DNA from: Hormiphora californensis
Taxonomy: Eukaryota; Animalia; Ctenophora
Length of the DNA stretch: 64,000 bases
Assembly (NCBI GenBank): GCA_020137815.1
Contig: CM035350.1
Span: forward strand, 7,316,001-7,380,000
Reading direction: 5' to 3'
Numbering within the stretch: position 1 is the stretch's first letter; the number at the start of each line of letters is the position of its first letter. Under the pieces are notes generated by a model that was not told the DNA's origin, did no database searches, and saw only the letters and a list, made by a program, of their open reading frames with translations. Both the position numbers and the translations under genes were made by a program. Positions 1 through 12,597 of the stretch are shown here, piece after piece.

Positions 1-24
1 AGTAGCATCAAGCTACTTCTCAAT

Positions 25-169
25 ATCCCTACTAAAATATAGTTCGACGCGACGCGACGCGCGATCGATGAACGATCGATAAACGATCGATAAACGATCG
101 ATATCGATCGTTTATCGATCGTTCATCGATCGCGCGTCGCGTCGCGTCGAACTATATTTTAGTAGGGAT
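25..169. mobile_element. Near-perfect palindromic MITE/foldback
   Basis: ATCCCTACTAAAATATAGTTCGACGCG... at 25 is the reverse complement of ...CGCGTCGAACTATATTTTAGTAGGGAT ending at 169; CGAT-rich core. Confidence 0.7.
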
Positions 170-171
170 TG

Positions 172-180
172 TCTCTCTCT

Positions 181-221
<41 letters not shown>

Positions 222-316
222 TCTCTCTCTCTGTCTCTCCCTCTTTCACTCTCTCTCTCTCTCTCTTTCTCTCTTTCTCTCTCTCTCACTATCTCTCTCT
301 CTCTCTCTCTATCTCT
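172..316. repeat. (CT)n microsatellite
   Basis: Visible dinucleotide run; similar runs near 26940-27147, 28750-28827, 34500-34560, 35684-35760, 48255-48328. Confidence 0.95.
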
Positions 317-1510
317 ATGCCGACTAATATAATATAATAGTGAGATAATAAACGTCAAAGAAAGAGAGAATTGTAATATTGTAGTGACACTGACAGATCG
401 AAAATATTATACGGAAGTTGGGATATTTTAGTGTGAGCGGACTTCCGCTCGGAGAGAAATTGGGAGAGAGCGTTATTGTTAGAGAGCGTGAAATATTAGT
501 TGTATTAGCTTCCTGTTTATTGCATTGCCGTCAAAAAATACACTGTGTTTTCTCTTCCGATTCTCTTCCGATTCTCTCCACTTTTTTTCTCTATTTTTGT
601 TTCCTTCGTTCCTTTCGATCGTGTTTTATTTTCATTGCTTTTTGAATATTTTCTGCATATTTATGTAACTTACATTGTAAGCCGGGAGTTTTATTCTTGT
701 TAGACCCTCTTCTTTGAAATTGAACAAAACAATTTAATTTAGTGTTTGGTGGCTAAATATTTTGATACCGCTCTGCAGGTCACCTCTCAGTGTATACTTC
801 CCTACCCCGTGAGGGAAGGGCAGCATATAAGTCGACCTATTACAATATAATTATTATCACTCAAATTTTAATCAGACTCCAGCTTATTCAGCCCCATCTT
901 TTTCGTAAGATGAGTCTGGGCCACACCACATTGCCATTTAACATGCCAGGCTGCATCTATACGTGCTTAGTAAACAGTAAAGTACCGCTATTGTACAACT
1001 CGAACTCGCACATGATATTCAGAAAAGACTGAGTCATTCAGACGAGTACAGCTGTTAAAACAAGATTCATACAGGATGTATTGGATGTTTTTAACAGACA
1101 ACAGATGATCTCTCTCCTGCCTACATTTTAGATGTTAATTGTGCGACCTTCAGATCAGATAGGAGGTCGACCTCCTATAAAGTTCTCAATACAAGGACCT
1201 ATTATGACTGGCATTGCCCTACCCTTGGAGTTAGCTCTATGCAATATTATGCTTGTAAAATGTCAGTAATAACGCTTATAAATAATAAAATGATGTTTGT
1301 GACCTATAATATTGGCATATTGTGAGGGATAGAACATATATTATTATTTTTACACTGCATGAGCAAAATGAAATATTAGCGGCGCCGACCTCGCCCAGAA
1401 TAGAACAATAGGCCTTCTATTAGCTCTTATCGATGGTCTAAAAGTTCTTTTCGATGATCTATTAGCTCTTAACTTATCGATTTGACGTCATGTTTGACGT
1501 TTTTGTAATA

Positions 1511-1608
1511 CAGTCGGACCCCGATTTAGTGGCCCCTGATTTAGTGGCACCCCGATTTAGTGGCAGGATTTTTTCCCCCGAGGATGCCATTAAATCGGGG
1601 CCCGACTA
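1511..1608. mobile_element. Tc1/mariner(pogo)-type MITE, family A copy 1
   Basis: TA|CAGTCGGACCCCGATTTA... with a degenerate inverted end TAAATCGGGGCCCGACTA; same termini at 9109 and 15445. Confidence 0.8.
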
Positions 1609-3497
1609 TGTAAGTATGTCTAAAACACTCTCGATTACTTGCAATGGCTGGTAAGAAAACAGAGCGTGATTTAACCGAATCACAGCTGGGAATTTGATTC
1701 GAGCTCAAAGAGCATACTTTTCAGCTATATGGGAGCTTAGTCGAGTATACCTCTACCTGCATATATAATACGGTATTCTGCAGTATTCCATTACAATTTT
1801 TTCACAGCTTTTAGTATATACGCGGATGCATAGCACTAGCAGCTTGAGGCGGGGGATGACCTAGCAATTTAATATAGCACTATGGTAATAGAGTGGTTGC
1901 TAAAATTGGTGAACTGCAGTCGACGCGTTTCTCCCACCATGGTCCAGGAGGTATAGGCTGTCTAAATTGCCGGAATTAGGCTATCTATACTATTTCCAGC
2001 CGAGCTAGTTGCATGTGCAGCAGGGGGCCATGTCGTGGTGGGTGTACAGCTGTGTGCAGTGTGCGAGAGGTAATAAAGCAGCTAATTAATCAAATAAATA
2101 TCTTTCACAATTGCACTTGTTATAATTCACCTGGGAGCTGCTGGCCGGGGCTGCATAACTTGTTCAATATTATATAGGCCTTAGTTTTGTTGTTCGACCT
2201 GACCAGTGGTGACCACACGTGATCATCCGTGATCCGCTAAAAATTACTAATAGCGTTTATGTATTGCCTCTCCATCATCTCTCCAAGTCTTTAGTTATGA
2301 TCTATATATTATTCTCAGCAAAGTCTTCATAGGTTATTATACCTCCTTTATTCCTCTCCCGTCCTGTGCAACTGCTCCCCAAATATCACTAAACAGGTAG
2401 CCCTTAATTCTCTATGATAAATCCCTGTTGTATATCTGTGCTATATTTTATCGCTAACGACCCTCTTACCCATTATATAGCGTATATGTGTGTGTGTGTG
2501 TGTTATGCGTCTCATGAGGCCTAACTTAGTTTATTAGGACTGACCTCTGATGTCGTATTATAACAGCTCCATCAACTAACCTCCAGACCTGAGCATTCGT
2601 CGACTAGCTCTCAGTCTCTCGATATATATCCTTTGATCCGTATCAATTAACTGAAGCAATTTCAGATAAAGATCTTGGTTAAATATCTTTTTGTGGGCGG
2701 ACACAATAATATCTCGATTTAATTGCTGTAACTGTTGTTTTGTAGGTGCGATATAACGCGTAGTTTAATATAGGCTTTGTATCCAGGCGCCGCAGCCTCT
2801 CCCAAGCACCCAATTCAATTGCCAATTAGTGCTATTCGCAGGGGCCTTTGTTCTGCATTATGTTGTGAAACAAAAAGAGAAGTAGTAATCAAAGTTACAT
2901 AAACTGCTTTCCCTCTCTTCTGTTAGTTACAACAGGAACTAGTGGGCTGTGAGAGCTCTTTAGCCTTTGTAGCGCTCTGAAGAACTCATGATGCCGCCCG
3001 CTGCAGAGCATGTTCCTACCCCTATAAATACTCAACTCAACAAGAGCATGCCGTGCACGGAATCTTTAATCCACATGGCCTAAAGACAAGTAAAGTCCTG
3101 CTTTGTCTCATTATGTTAACAGCTGATCGATTCTCATTACAATTCAAGGGTCCCTCCCACTGCACTACTCTCTTGCTTCAAACCTAATTTACATTTCCAC
3201 TCTCTGTATTGCTACTGCATCAGTGGTCCCCCTCTATTGCTCTCTCTTTTCTTGTTCATTATCTGAAGCAATGATCTGGTTCAGATTGTACCTTTGTTCC
3301 AGCAGTATATTGATGCCATGTGTGCCACCTGTAATATTGATCAAATGCCATGGCACCCTTTTTTTATGGGCTCCTAAATCAGTAACAGACTGCCTGGCGG
3401 CGCCAGACCTCGATTTGATTCTCAAGCGGGGTCCACAGCGCCAGACAGGTAACAGAGTGGTACACCTAATGATCCCTATCATATTTCTAGCAGTAAT

Positions 3498-6400
3498 ATG
3501 GGCCACAACACGACCCTCCTGGACTACAGTCATGGGTACAACAGGTCAATAGCCTTTCTGGAGGAGGACTTTGCCAGGTTTGATGTCCACATGGCAGTCC
3601 TGACCATCATAATGACACTCTTTGGGTTGCTCTTTAACATCGTTATATTCTATGTGTTCTGGGGAATGAGGAAGAGTCCCAATGCCCTGATCTTTCTGAA
3701 TCTGGCGGCTGTTGATGTCGTGCTGGCATGCCTCGTCATGCCCTTCTCCGTTACAATCCTAATATCCCGGGCTGTAGGGGTGGATGCCCCTCCTCACTAC
3801 CTCCTGTGTGCGGGGAGCGGCATTGTATTTGAGATGAGTGTGTTGTGTACCGTGGGATTCATCTTCCTTGCCAGTGCGGACAGGTTCCTGGGAGTGTTCC
3901 ACCCGGTCTTCCATAGGAAACACTTTTGCAGGGCTAACCTCCTTAAAATGGTAGGTGTGAAACGTAGAATTGCTGCGTAAAGAATCTCGGTGACCAAATA
4001 TTATATTTTTTTCGTCTATATGGCATGATCATATTCATAATGAGTACTTTTTTAACCTCTCTCTCTCAATCCTGTCTTTTCAGATAACAGGTGTTTGGGT
4101 TGTATCCCCAGTGATAATAATAATATTTGTATCCAGTTGGTTGATAGCATCCTCCTCATCTAACCACATATTCACTAACCTCGACCTCTTCACCGTGTGT
4201 ATGGGGGAATACTGGCTGCGACATGACGAACACTCTCTCCTCAATATCCCCTCCTACGTGACAGTAGTCTTCCTCTCTCTGTTAATGACTGTCATTGTGA
4301 TAGTCAACCTGGCCGTCCTGAAGCAGCTCTTCAGGAGCAGGCCCAAGGCCCGGCACAGCATCGCCAATGGCCCAGCAGCGGCGGATATTAAGAAGAGGAG
4401 GCGGAACAATACTACAATGATAGCCCCACCCATTCTGATCAACTCGGAATCACCCTCAACTAGGTCAGCCAAGAAGCATAATGCCCTGAAGAGGATGTCC
4501 ATGGCGGAGCAGGATGTAAAGGAGTCGGAGAGGATCTTCCACACAGACTCTAACGGTGACGTCACGGGCATCAATATCTCAGCCATTCTTAATCTGTATG
4601 TCAAGTCGACACGATGCCAACCGAAAGTCAAGACCAGGAAACCCAGTATCGCTATGCAAATGTGAGCCTTATATTAGTTTTAGATTTAGTGCAAGTTTTT
4701 CTTTTGCAGCTTGTAAACACATTTAACAGAATTGATCGTTTTTCAAACACTGAACTAAATTCCTCCAGACGTGATATCTTTTGCAGGTCCCGTCACAACT
4801 CGGACCCGAGTATAACAGTGGAGAGAGGGGAAGGACCCCTGACAGAGAGCACCTTGATTTCAGACAGAGGGATCACTCCCAACTCACTCCGACACAGTAT
4901 TGTCGTTGAAGAAGAGGAGAGAAGAGGAGGAGGAAGATGTGTTTACAGACGAAGATGATGAAGAGCTGGTTGAAATTGCAACAGTTAATAGTTGTGTGGG
5001 GAGTCCTAGAGCAACTGTTCCTAGGGGAGGCCGATCAAGTAAGATGTTTGTTAGTAAAGTGTTTGTTTGTAAGTGCTGCGATTCGAACTATGGCATGTCG
5101 CCTCAACGGTCCAAAGTTGTTGAGTACTCAACAACTCCAAAGAGTCTTACTCCCCGTTTGTCAGTTAACCCCGTTTGCTCCAGACGTACCCTCCTTCGCG
5201 TCGAATTCGCCTCTTTCTGTTGCTGAAAATAAAGTGGACGGGGAAATTGTCCGGGAAATGGACCGCAATTAAGTTGGCCTTTCAATTTCCCAGTTGCAAA
5301 AACTAAAAGTGTTTCCAAAAAAGGCCTCATTCCCATGCCAGCAGTTTCCCCGGACAGTGCAGTAATTATTTTATTTTCCAGAGACGTCATATTCCTTTGT
5401 CTGGGAACTAAAAATGCACCCTAACCACTACAAACCACCCACAGGTCTGGACATGGCAGATTTCGAGAGGTCAATATCCGTATCCACCATTGACAATGCC
5501 ACATGCACTGACTGCGATGATGATGATGATGATGACGATGATGACGATGATGACTTTGATTTAGACGATGAGGAATTCCCAGGAATCTGAGACCATCTGG
5601 AAAGTTGTGAAATTTGTAGCAGCTTTGAAACGAAACTCACGGAAACGCCAACTTTGGGTAAGCTGATAAAAACAATCAAGGAGCCACACATTGCATATAT
5701 ATAATTAGCTGTAATCGTATCCCAGCTCTCCTAAAATGATCCGTGACTCCTAAAATGATCCATGACTGAACCCCTAACAATGCAGCAGGAAAATAGTAGA
5801 GCAAACTTGCAGAGTAGGAGTTTGTGCCCTGATTTTGCTGAAACTGCTACCCCCGAGATCCGAACTAATTCCTTTAACAAAAGATCCTCCAAAATGGTGC
5901 GGTGATCAGCACTATATACCAGATCCCATCTGTGTTACATCATATGTTGCAAAGAGGCAGACCAAGATTACAAGAGCATAACTAGAGCATTGAAATACAT
6001 CCCTTGCTCCGAACTGAATCCCAGCTGTTTCGGGGGGCTATGTTAGAAGTTCTACTAGAACTGTCTGGCACCGCCACCCCATCTGAGAATCAAATGGGGT
6101 ATGGCGCCGCCATACAGTACTAGAACAAATACTACTATGTCAGAAGAAGCATATAATAAACTGGAAATCTTGTTGATCGTTGTTTTCAATTTAGAATTCT
6201 CATATAATATCTGCATCGAAACATCAGCATGAAGCCATGACCCCATTTCCCCTGGCCCCTACATATCTCATATCTCTCGTCCCTTCAGGAACTGGTCCGG
6301 AGCAGTAGTGACTCAGACCTGACCATGCTACGAGACACAGCCGAGCTAGATCTAGCAATACACAATGGTAACAGCACCCACGAGGTGAAATCACCCCGAA

Positions 6401-8070
6401 CCAGGCGTGTCCTAGAGAAGAAGGCGTCCCGGAAGTTCAGTGAGGTCACCATGGGCTCAGGAGGCCGGGGTGGTCCAGCGGAGGAAATCAGAAAGGCGCC
6501 CTACCAGCAGTACAGCTTTGATAGACAACAAATGATGAGCCCCTACTATGGAAGAGATTGATGAGATGGTAGGTGGTGGAGTTGGGGGTGTTACTATGGT
6601 AACCTTAGTTTCGGTACATACCGGAATGGTACTTGGTAGCTATGGCAACCTATACAATCTTTATTTACAGCATTCTGTTTTGTCTCAGGTGAATGGTGGA
6701 GAGCTGAGCCCATTGGTCCACAGAGCCAAGTATCCAGATATGGATACTCTGGTAAAGATGATCACCAACATCAAGAAGAAGTCCCTGGATGCTAAAACCA
6801 ATGTGGGAAGGTAAGGAGTTCTACCTATTTTCCAAACTCTTGTTTTAAATTTGAAATTTTAGTATGCCCGATCTAGTTAGATAAAATATCCAACTTTTTT
6901 AGGCGAGCTAGCAGGATATCAGTAATTCTCTCTCCTAATATCCGGGCACTTCGGAAGTCTGGTGAAAACCGTAAATCAAAGTCACCAAAGGTACGAATAT
7001 AACCTGCATTTTCAAGCCCTAATAATATTATGTTACCATGGTAACCATACTCTTTCCCTCTCACTTCCTAGGAACCAGAGAAGGTGGAAGAAGAGGCCGT
7101 TATGAGTTGGGGGACCCTTGCTGTGTTTGGGCGAATGAAAATGAAGTTCCGAGAACAGAGATCACGGATAGTGGAGGCACCCCAAGAGCCGACCGACTCG
7201 GAGACCCTTAGTCTCAGCTCGGATATTGTCGAGGAGATACTCACCCACACATTTGTCCGTCCAGCCCCGCTGGTCCAACAGGATTCTTTTGAAAAACGCC
7301 AACAACTCCTCAACACCATCACGGAGGAAGAGGACTCGCCCACAAAACCATTTCCAGTGCCGAGGTTATCAGCAGGTACTGCACCCCATCTCCAGGTACC
7401 TAGCCCCGGGGGCAGCAGTGCCGGAGACTCCTCCCGTCACGCCACACCAGCCGACCAAACCAGGAAATCATTCACCCGGACCAGGTCATTGGAGTGTTGC
7501 AGGGACAGTGTTAGCCCGGCAGCCATGAAACAGCCCATACGACGGAGAGGGGGGGTATTCATTAACCAGGAGGAACTCGCATCACCCTCACCCTCTGGGG
7601 CTGTTGATGCGTTTAGGAGTCCGATAGGAAGTATGAGTAGTGGGTCAGGTGGTGTGACCCTGAAACAGCGAGTGAGACAGAGCAGCGTGTATAGGATGGG
7701 AATGAGGAATAGCATGAATATTACCAGTATCACCCAAATGGTGTACAACTTCAATAAAAACTCCAGGAAAAAGAAAAAAGAAATCCGTGCCGCTAAAACT
7801 ATCATCATCCTTGTGTTTTACTACATCGTGACGCTCCTTGCATTCGTTATTTCATTCTATTGGGTGACGATGCTAAAAGAATCAGAGAAGTCCAATATTC
7901 CCTATATCTTCACATTTTATGCCTACATTATATACTGTAACGCAGTGTTTAACCCAGTAATTCACTTCTGGAGGAACGCCAGGGTGAGAGGAACTGTGTT
8001 AAGGGTGTTCTGCCCACGCTCGGTCAATGAACAAATAAAGAAATGGAAACTTAGAGGCGGTTTATGGTAG
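3498..8070 (+). CDS. Rhodopsin-family (class A) GPCR with very long ICL3; about 6 exons (3498-3950, 4084-4661, 4787-~5049, 6289-6568, 6689-6810, 7072-8070)
   Basis: TM2 NLAAVD, TM3 ASADRF (DRY-like), TM4 W, TM5, TM6 RAAKTIIIL, TM7 NAVFNPVIHFW; GT-AG junctions; about 3 apparent 1-nt frameshifts in loop exons. Confidence 0.85.
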
Positions 8071-8893
8071 TACAATGTGTGTATAATAGTATCTATAGAG
8101 TTTGTACGTTGTGCGTATGTATGTGTGCGTTTGTGTTTGTGTGATATTGATTTAATTATACCGTCGGCCAATTACAATAATTAACCAACTAGGGGCTGCG
8201 AAATAAAATCAGGGTAGGATGTTTTCTCCGAGAGTGTGACGTGTGTATTATATGCATGTTTTCCGTTATTTCTGGTCACGTACCTTTTCTTCTCACTGCA
8301 AGGATTTCCGTTTAATTGTGAACCAATTTGTTACATCTCTTCTCTCTATTCCTAATCTCATACGCCACCTGATAAGAAAGGGTGAGGGTAAATTAAGTTA
8401 ATTGGCCAGGGTTAATTGGCCAGAATTGACGAGCTCTTTTCGACGTTGGAAGTGGTTGTAATTAATATATAAAGCCAGAGGGGGGTTATATTCTAATTCA
8501 TGCGTGGTTGTGTAGCAAAGCCGCAACACTCCCACACGTCCCACCGGTTCAGTGAGTATAAATTGGGGCATGTATAACTATACCTGGGAAACAGCTCAGT
8601 TTTACAGCAAGATTCAGCCTGCGGTTCATGTGCAACTCAGCAAATGGTTCTGGGTACAGCACAGCAGTAAATGGTTCTGGGTACAGCAGCACAGCAGTAA
8701 ATGGTTCATGTTTCTAGTTGATGGGGGTGAGATGGTGTGAGGGGGGGGGGGGGGGGGGTGAGGGGGATTATAATATTAGTAATTTAATCCCAATTATTGT
8801 CCAATCTGAGGGTTTCATAAAATGTAGAATATTATCCCAAACAACACAATATAACTCAATATTAAGACAGTTCCACAATTATATATCCTCTCT

Positions 8894-10138
8894 CTATTTT
8901 CGTCCCTTTTTCTTCTTATTCTTGCCAGAACCACCCGCTTGCTGATTATCCCCGGCATTAGAGGACCGGGACTTTAGTTTGGGTATCATGCTACCACAGT
9001 ACTCCATCAGCTGTCGTTTTGTGTGAATTGACTCGTGGAGGGGATGTCCTTCTGCATCTGCTAGCTGTACTTTCACCTGGTGGTGGGGAGTACGTGTTAC
9101 ATGTGTTACAGTCGGACCCCGATTTAGTGGCACCCCGATTTAGGGACAGGATTTTTCCCCCGATATAGGTAATTAACCTTATTTAACCCCGATTTAGTGG
9201 ACACCCCGATTTAGTGGACAAGAGCCTTTCCCCCGAGGGTGTCCCTAAATCGGGGTCCGACTGTACTACAATCATCTCGTCTTGTTTTTAATTGGGTGCC
9301 CTTTGAAAGGACTACAGAAAAATATCAATGTCTGAATTGACGCCCCGCTGCACGGAAATCTTTAGTAAAAGGCGAAAGATTTATTCGTGATGCAGTGAGA
9401 CCAGACTACCGTTTCTACTGTTTTCATGGTATACAAATTTCAGTTTAGAAACAAACCTTGTGTTTTACTAAGACCAAACTATCTGTCCCCCACTTACCCT
9501 TCCTAGTTGCCATTTCTCCCTGTCAAGTTCCCGACAGTAGTGTTTAGTAGGTTGGAGTCTATGCTCTAGCCCCAAACTCTTAACAACGTCCCCTATTTCC
9601 TGGAATGTAGGATTCTCAACCCCCTTCTCCTTCGGTATCCTCCTACCTCTCTGGAATGGGAGGGTTAAATAGAGGGTAACTGAGAGCTCAAGTTGGTTTG
9701 TATCAACAGCCGCTTGATGTCTGTAATTTTGTGAATTCGTCTGTACACAAATTAGTAATGCTGTGAGCTGTCAAGCGTGCGTGTATCATATATCCGGCTT
9801 CACATATAATATCACCACTATAATAACAGAACACTCCAATTGATACATGTAAATTCTAACTTAGGGTGGAAATTGTGGAACTCAAAAACCGCACACACCC
9901 GGCCAGTCAAGTGTGTGCCGGCGGCGGTATTTGTACCAGGCATATATCAGCTGCCGCCTGCCGCTGTTATTATACTAACTGCTATCTCTCCCAAATAGTA
10001 CAGCGGCCGGCAGCCCATGCACAAGGGTAATGGGGACAGTGGGGGTTCAATTCAACTACGAACCTGTATGGATCGGTTGGAGTTAATGTAAGCAGGATAG
10101 ATGCACTTCCAATTCTTATCTTCACTGACGATATCCAT
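8894..10138 (-). CDS. SRP19: Signal recognition particle 19 kDa protein; exons 10138-10064, 9650-9498, 9077-8894
   Basis: WKCIYPAYINS, GRRIPKEKGVENPT, GRVKVQL, IPKLKSR and basic tail KKKKGRK. Confidence 0.93.
9109..9263. mobile_element. Tc1/mariner-type MITE, family A copy 2 (SRP19 intron 2)
   Basis: TIR CAGTCGGACCCCGATTTAG / CTAAATCGGGGTCCGACTG with TA on both flanks. Confidence 0.88.
9294..9409 (-). ncRNA. U5: U5 spliceosomal snRNA, copy 1 (SRP19 intron 2, sense to host)
   Basis: Minus strand reads ...ATAAATCTTTCGCCTTTTACTAAAGATTTCCGTG... (invariant U5 loop I GCCUUUUAC and its stem); Sm-like site ATTTTTCTG; 3' hairpin GTCCTTTCAAAGGGC; about 116 nt. Confidence 0.93.
9447..9475 (-). promoter_or_regulatory. 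PSE-like snRNA promoter element of U5 copy 1
   Basis: TAAAACACAAGG core at about -47 to -58, shared at the same spacing with copy 2 while the other flanking sequence differs. Confidence 0.7.
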
Positions 10139-10507
10139 TGCTAGCAGAGGGATTAGGGGGATTAGGGTTAGTTGTGGGGGGGGGGGGGGGGTACAAGAAT
10201 AAAGTGGGCTGGGGGGGGGGGTGCAAGAATAAAGTGGGCTGATATTCGAAAACAAAATGTTAAGCGATGACATTTTAAAAACAACAAATACAGTTATGCC
10301 ACCTTTGGCTTTAGAAGCTTGTGAATGTGTATTTTACATAAAAATTCACGGCCCTCTCTATTAATTAATTTGTCTGAAATGGAACACTTCAAACTGATAA
10401 AACACTCATATTATCACTAGCTCATTAGATCCAATGATTCGTATTCTTCAACTTCTAACTTCAACATATCACTCCCAACTTGATTTACAGGACGGTGTGT
10501 ACAGTAT

Positions 10508-12151
10508 TTAGGATTCAATGGGTTCGAGGTTAATCAGCCGGTTGCTTGCTGCTGCAATGTCTGATATCGATACCCTCCCGTTCTGGTTTATAAACCTAGA
10601 GGAGGAGGGAAGATTGGGAGGGAAATGGAGGAGGGAAATACTTTTAACGGCTAGTTAGTAAATGTGTACATTGTACTTTTTATGCAATGCAACATGAAGG
10701 ATCGGTATTTCTACACAGCGGACGGTTGAAGTATTATTGTAAAGAGTCGAATCTCTAATTGCGGATTCCCTCAAAGTAAACTCACTTTGCGACAGATTTT
10801 AACTCATCTTCAGAGATATAGATGAATTTTCCCCGGTCATCAATGACCCCATTAATAGTTCCCTCCTCCTGGAGACTTTCTATCCTCTCCACTACCTCGT
10901 GGATCTTCAGGTTGAAGTGAGCACCCAAATCATCCAATTGGACCACCTTCCGCCGCTTAATGAAATCTGTAGAGATATATAATACAGTTAGTAGAGAGGA
11001 TGAGTTAATAGAGAGTTAGACAAACTCCCCCCCCCTATCAACCCCACCTATCATCCCGATAAACTAACCGATAAACTCAAGGAGGAGGTTTTTCTGAGCG
11101 TCCTCATCGAGAGTTTCCTGTCCCTCCTCGTCAACTGCAAAGCTCTCCTTGAGCAGCAAGTATTCCTCGTGTTCTCTTCTCTCCTGTTCCTCTCTAACCT
11201 TCCTCTCCTCCTCCTTCTTCACTCGCTCCTCCTCCTCTCTCCTCGCTTCCTCTTCTTTCCTCATCTCAAGCTCCAGCTCCATCTGCTTCCTTTTTTCAGC
11301 CAGCAGGGCCATCTCCGCCTGGGAATTAGACGTTAATTAATTAATTAATTAATTAATACTTACGAAGCTGACTGATTGTTATGTTCTAACCCTCCTTTAC
11401 ATTTGTAAAGGGGGTCGAGCTAGGCAAACAATTGCTGTAGGCTCGTGATGAGTAGCGGAGTGAGTCACAATAACTGACCACAGGACTCCCCACCTGGTGG
11501 CTGGGCTAGGTTGGGTCGTTTTATTGTCCTTGTTTTTAATTGGGTGCCCTTTGAAAGGACTACAGAAAAATATCAATGTCTGAATTGACGCCCCGCTGCA
11601 CGGAAATCTTTAGTAAAAGGCGAAAGATTTATTCGTGATGCAGTGAGACCAGACTACCGATAACTTAACAGGAGGAGGAATATAAAATGTAGCCCAGAAA
11701 CTTTCCTTGTGTTTTAGTAGCACCTAAATATCCACTTCCTAACACTCAACCTCTCTCTGCTCTTTCCTCTCTGCTTTATCAGCCAACTTCTTTAACTTTT
11801 TCGTCCCGTGTTTTTTCTCCGGTTTATCATCCTCACTATCACTTCCGCCTCCACCACCACCAGCCTCCTCTGCCGCGCTATCTGAACTATCTCGTCCTGT
11901 TGACTCTGCGCCTCCTTCGTGCCCTGACCGGGGCCCCGTCAGATCTCACATGGTCCACTAGTACTCGGGGAGCTGTGTGAGGGAGAGAGGTTCACTTAGA
12001 AGTTAAGATTAGACGATGGTAAGAAAGGGTCAAGTAGGTACAAGTAAAGGAATCCTGTACCTCTTTCTTTGGGTGTTTTCTTCTGGCTGATAACAAATAG
12101 GACAAATCCCGCGACCAGGGCAATACCTGCATATATCCAAGAGGTATCCAT
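10508..12151 (-). CDS. DDRGK1: DDRGK domain-containing protein 1 (UFBP1), multi-exon
   Basis: N-terminal [22 protein letters not shown] coiled coil, [32 protein letters not shown]-terminal SNRLINL. Confidence 0.95.
11542..11657 (-). ncRNA. U5: U5 spliceosomal snRNA, copy 2 (DDRGK1 intron, sense to host)
   Basis: Identical to 9294-9409, including the downstream AATTAAAAACAAG 3'-box-like motif. Confidence 0.93.
11696..11724 (-). promoter_or_regulatory. PSE-like snRNA promoter element of U5 copy 2
   Basis: TAAAACACAAGG at about -48 to -59. Confidence 0.7.
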
Positions 12152-12597
12152 TGCTAGAGGGGTCAATAATTAGGTTATGATTGGGATATGTGTTGGGTAG
12201 TGCCTACAATTGTGTGTCTCATTTGATCGAGAGGGGCTGGGGTTGCAAAATACTTTGCTGGCACGCGTACCAAGGGAGAGTAATACGCGCGCAACAATGC
12301 CTTGCTTTACTGGATAAATGACACCGCGCCTTACTGCACAGACACAACAGCGGTCTCTGTGTCAACAGTAGGACCACATCGGCGGTGGGACAGGTCACAT
12401 GTTGTTAATTGGGGTTTGATTATATATAAATACATGATATAGAGATGGATCAGATGTTCAGTAATATAATCCTATAAAATAAGAAAGTATATAAACTCAG
12501 GCGAATCCATCGAACAATAAACAAGTAACGGGATAAAAACTAAGGACGACCAACAATCAGTCAACGAAAGTAGCGGAAATTTAGATTTGTGTAATCT

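Noticed and set aside
5382-5590. Poly-Asp reading frame after an AG inside a GPCR intron, as an alternative terminal exon
   Set aside because: It ends in a stop before TM6 and has no support; may be a repeat remnant
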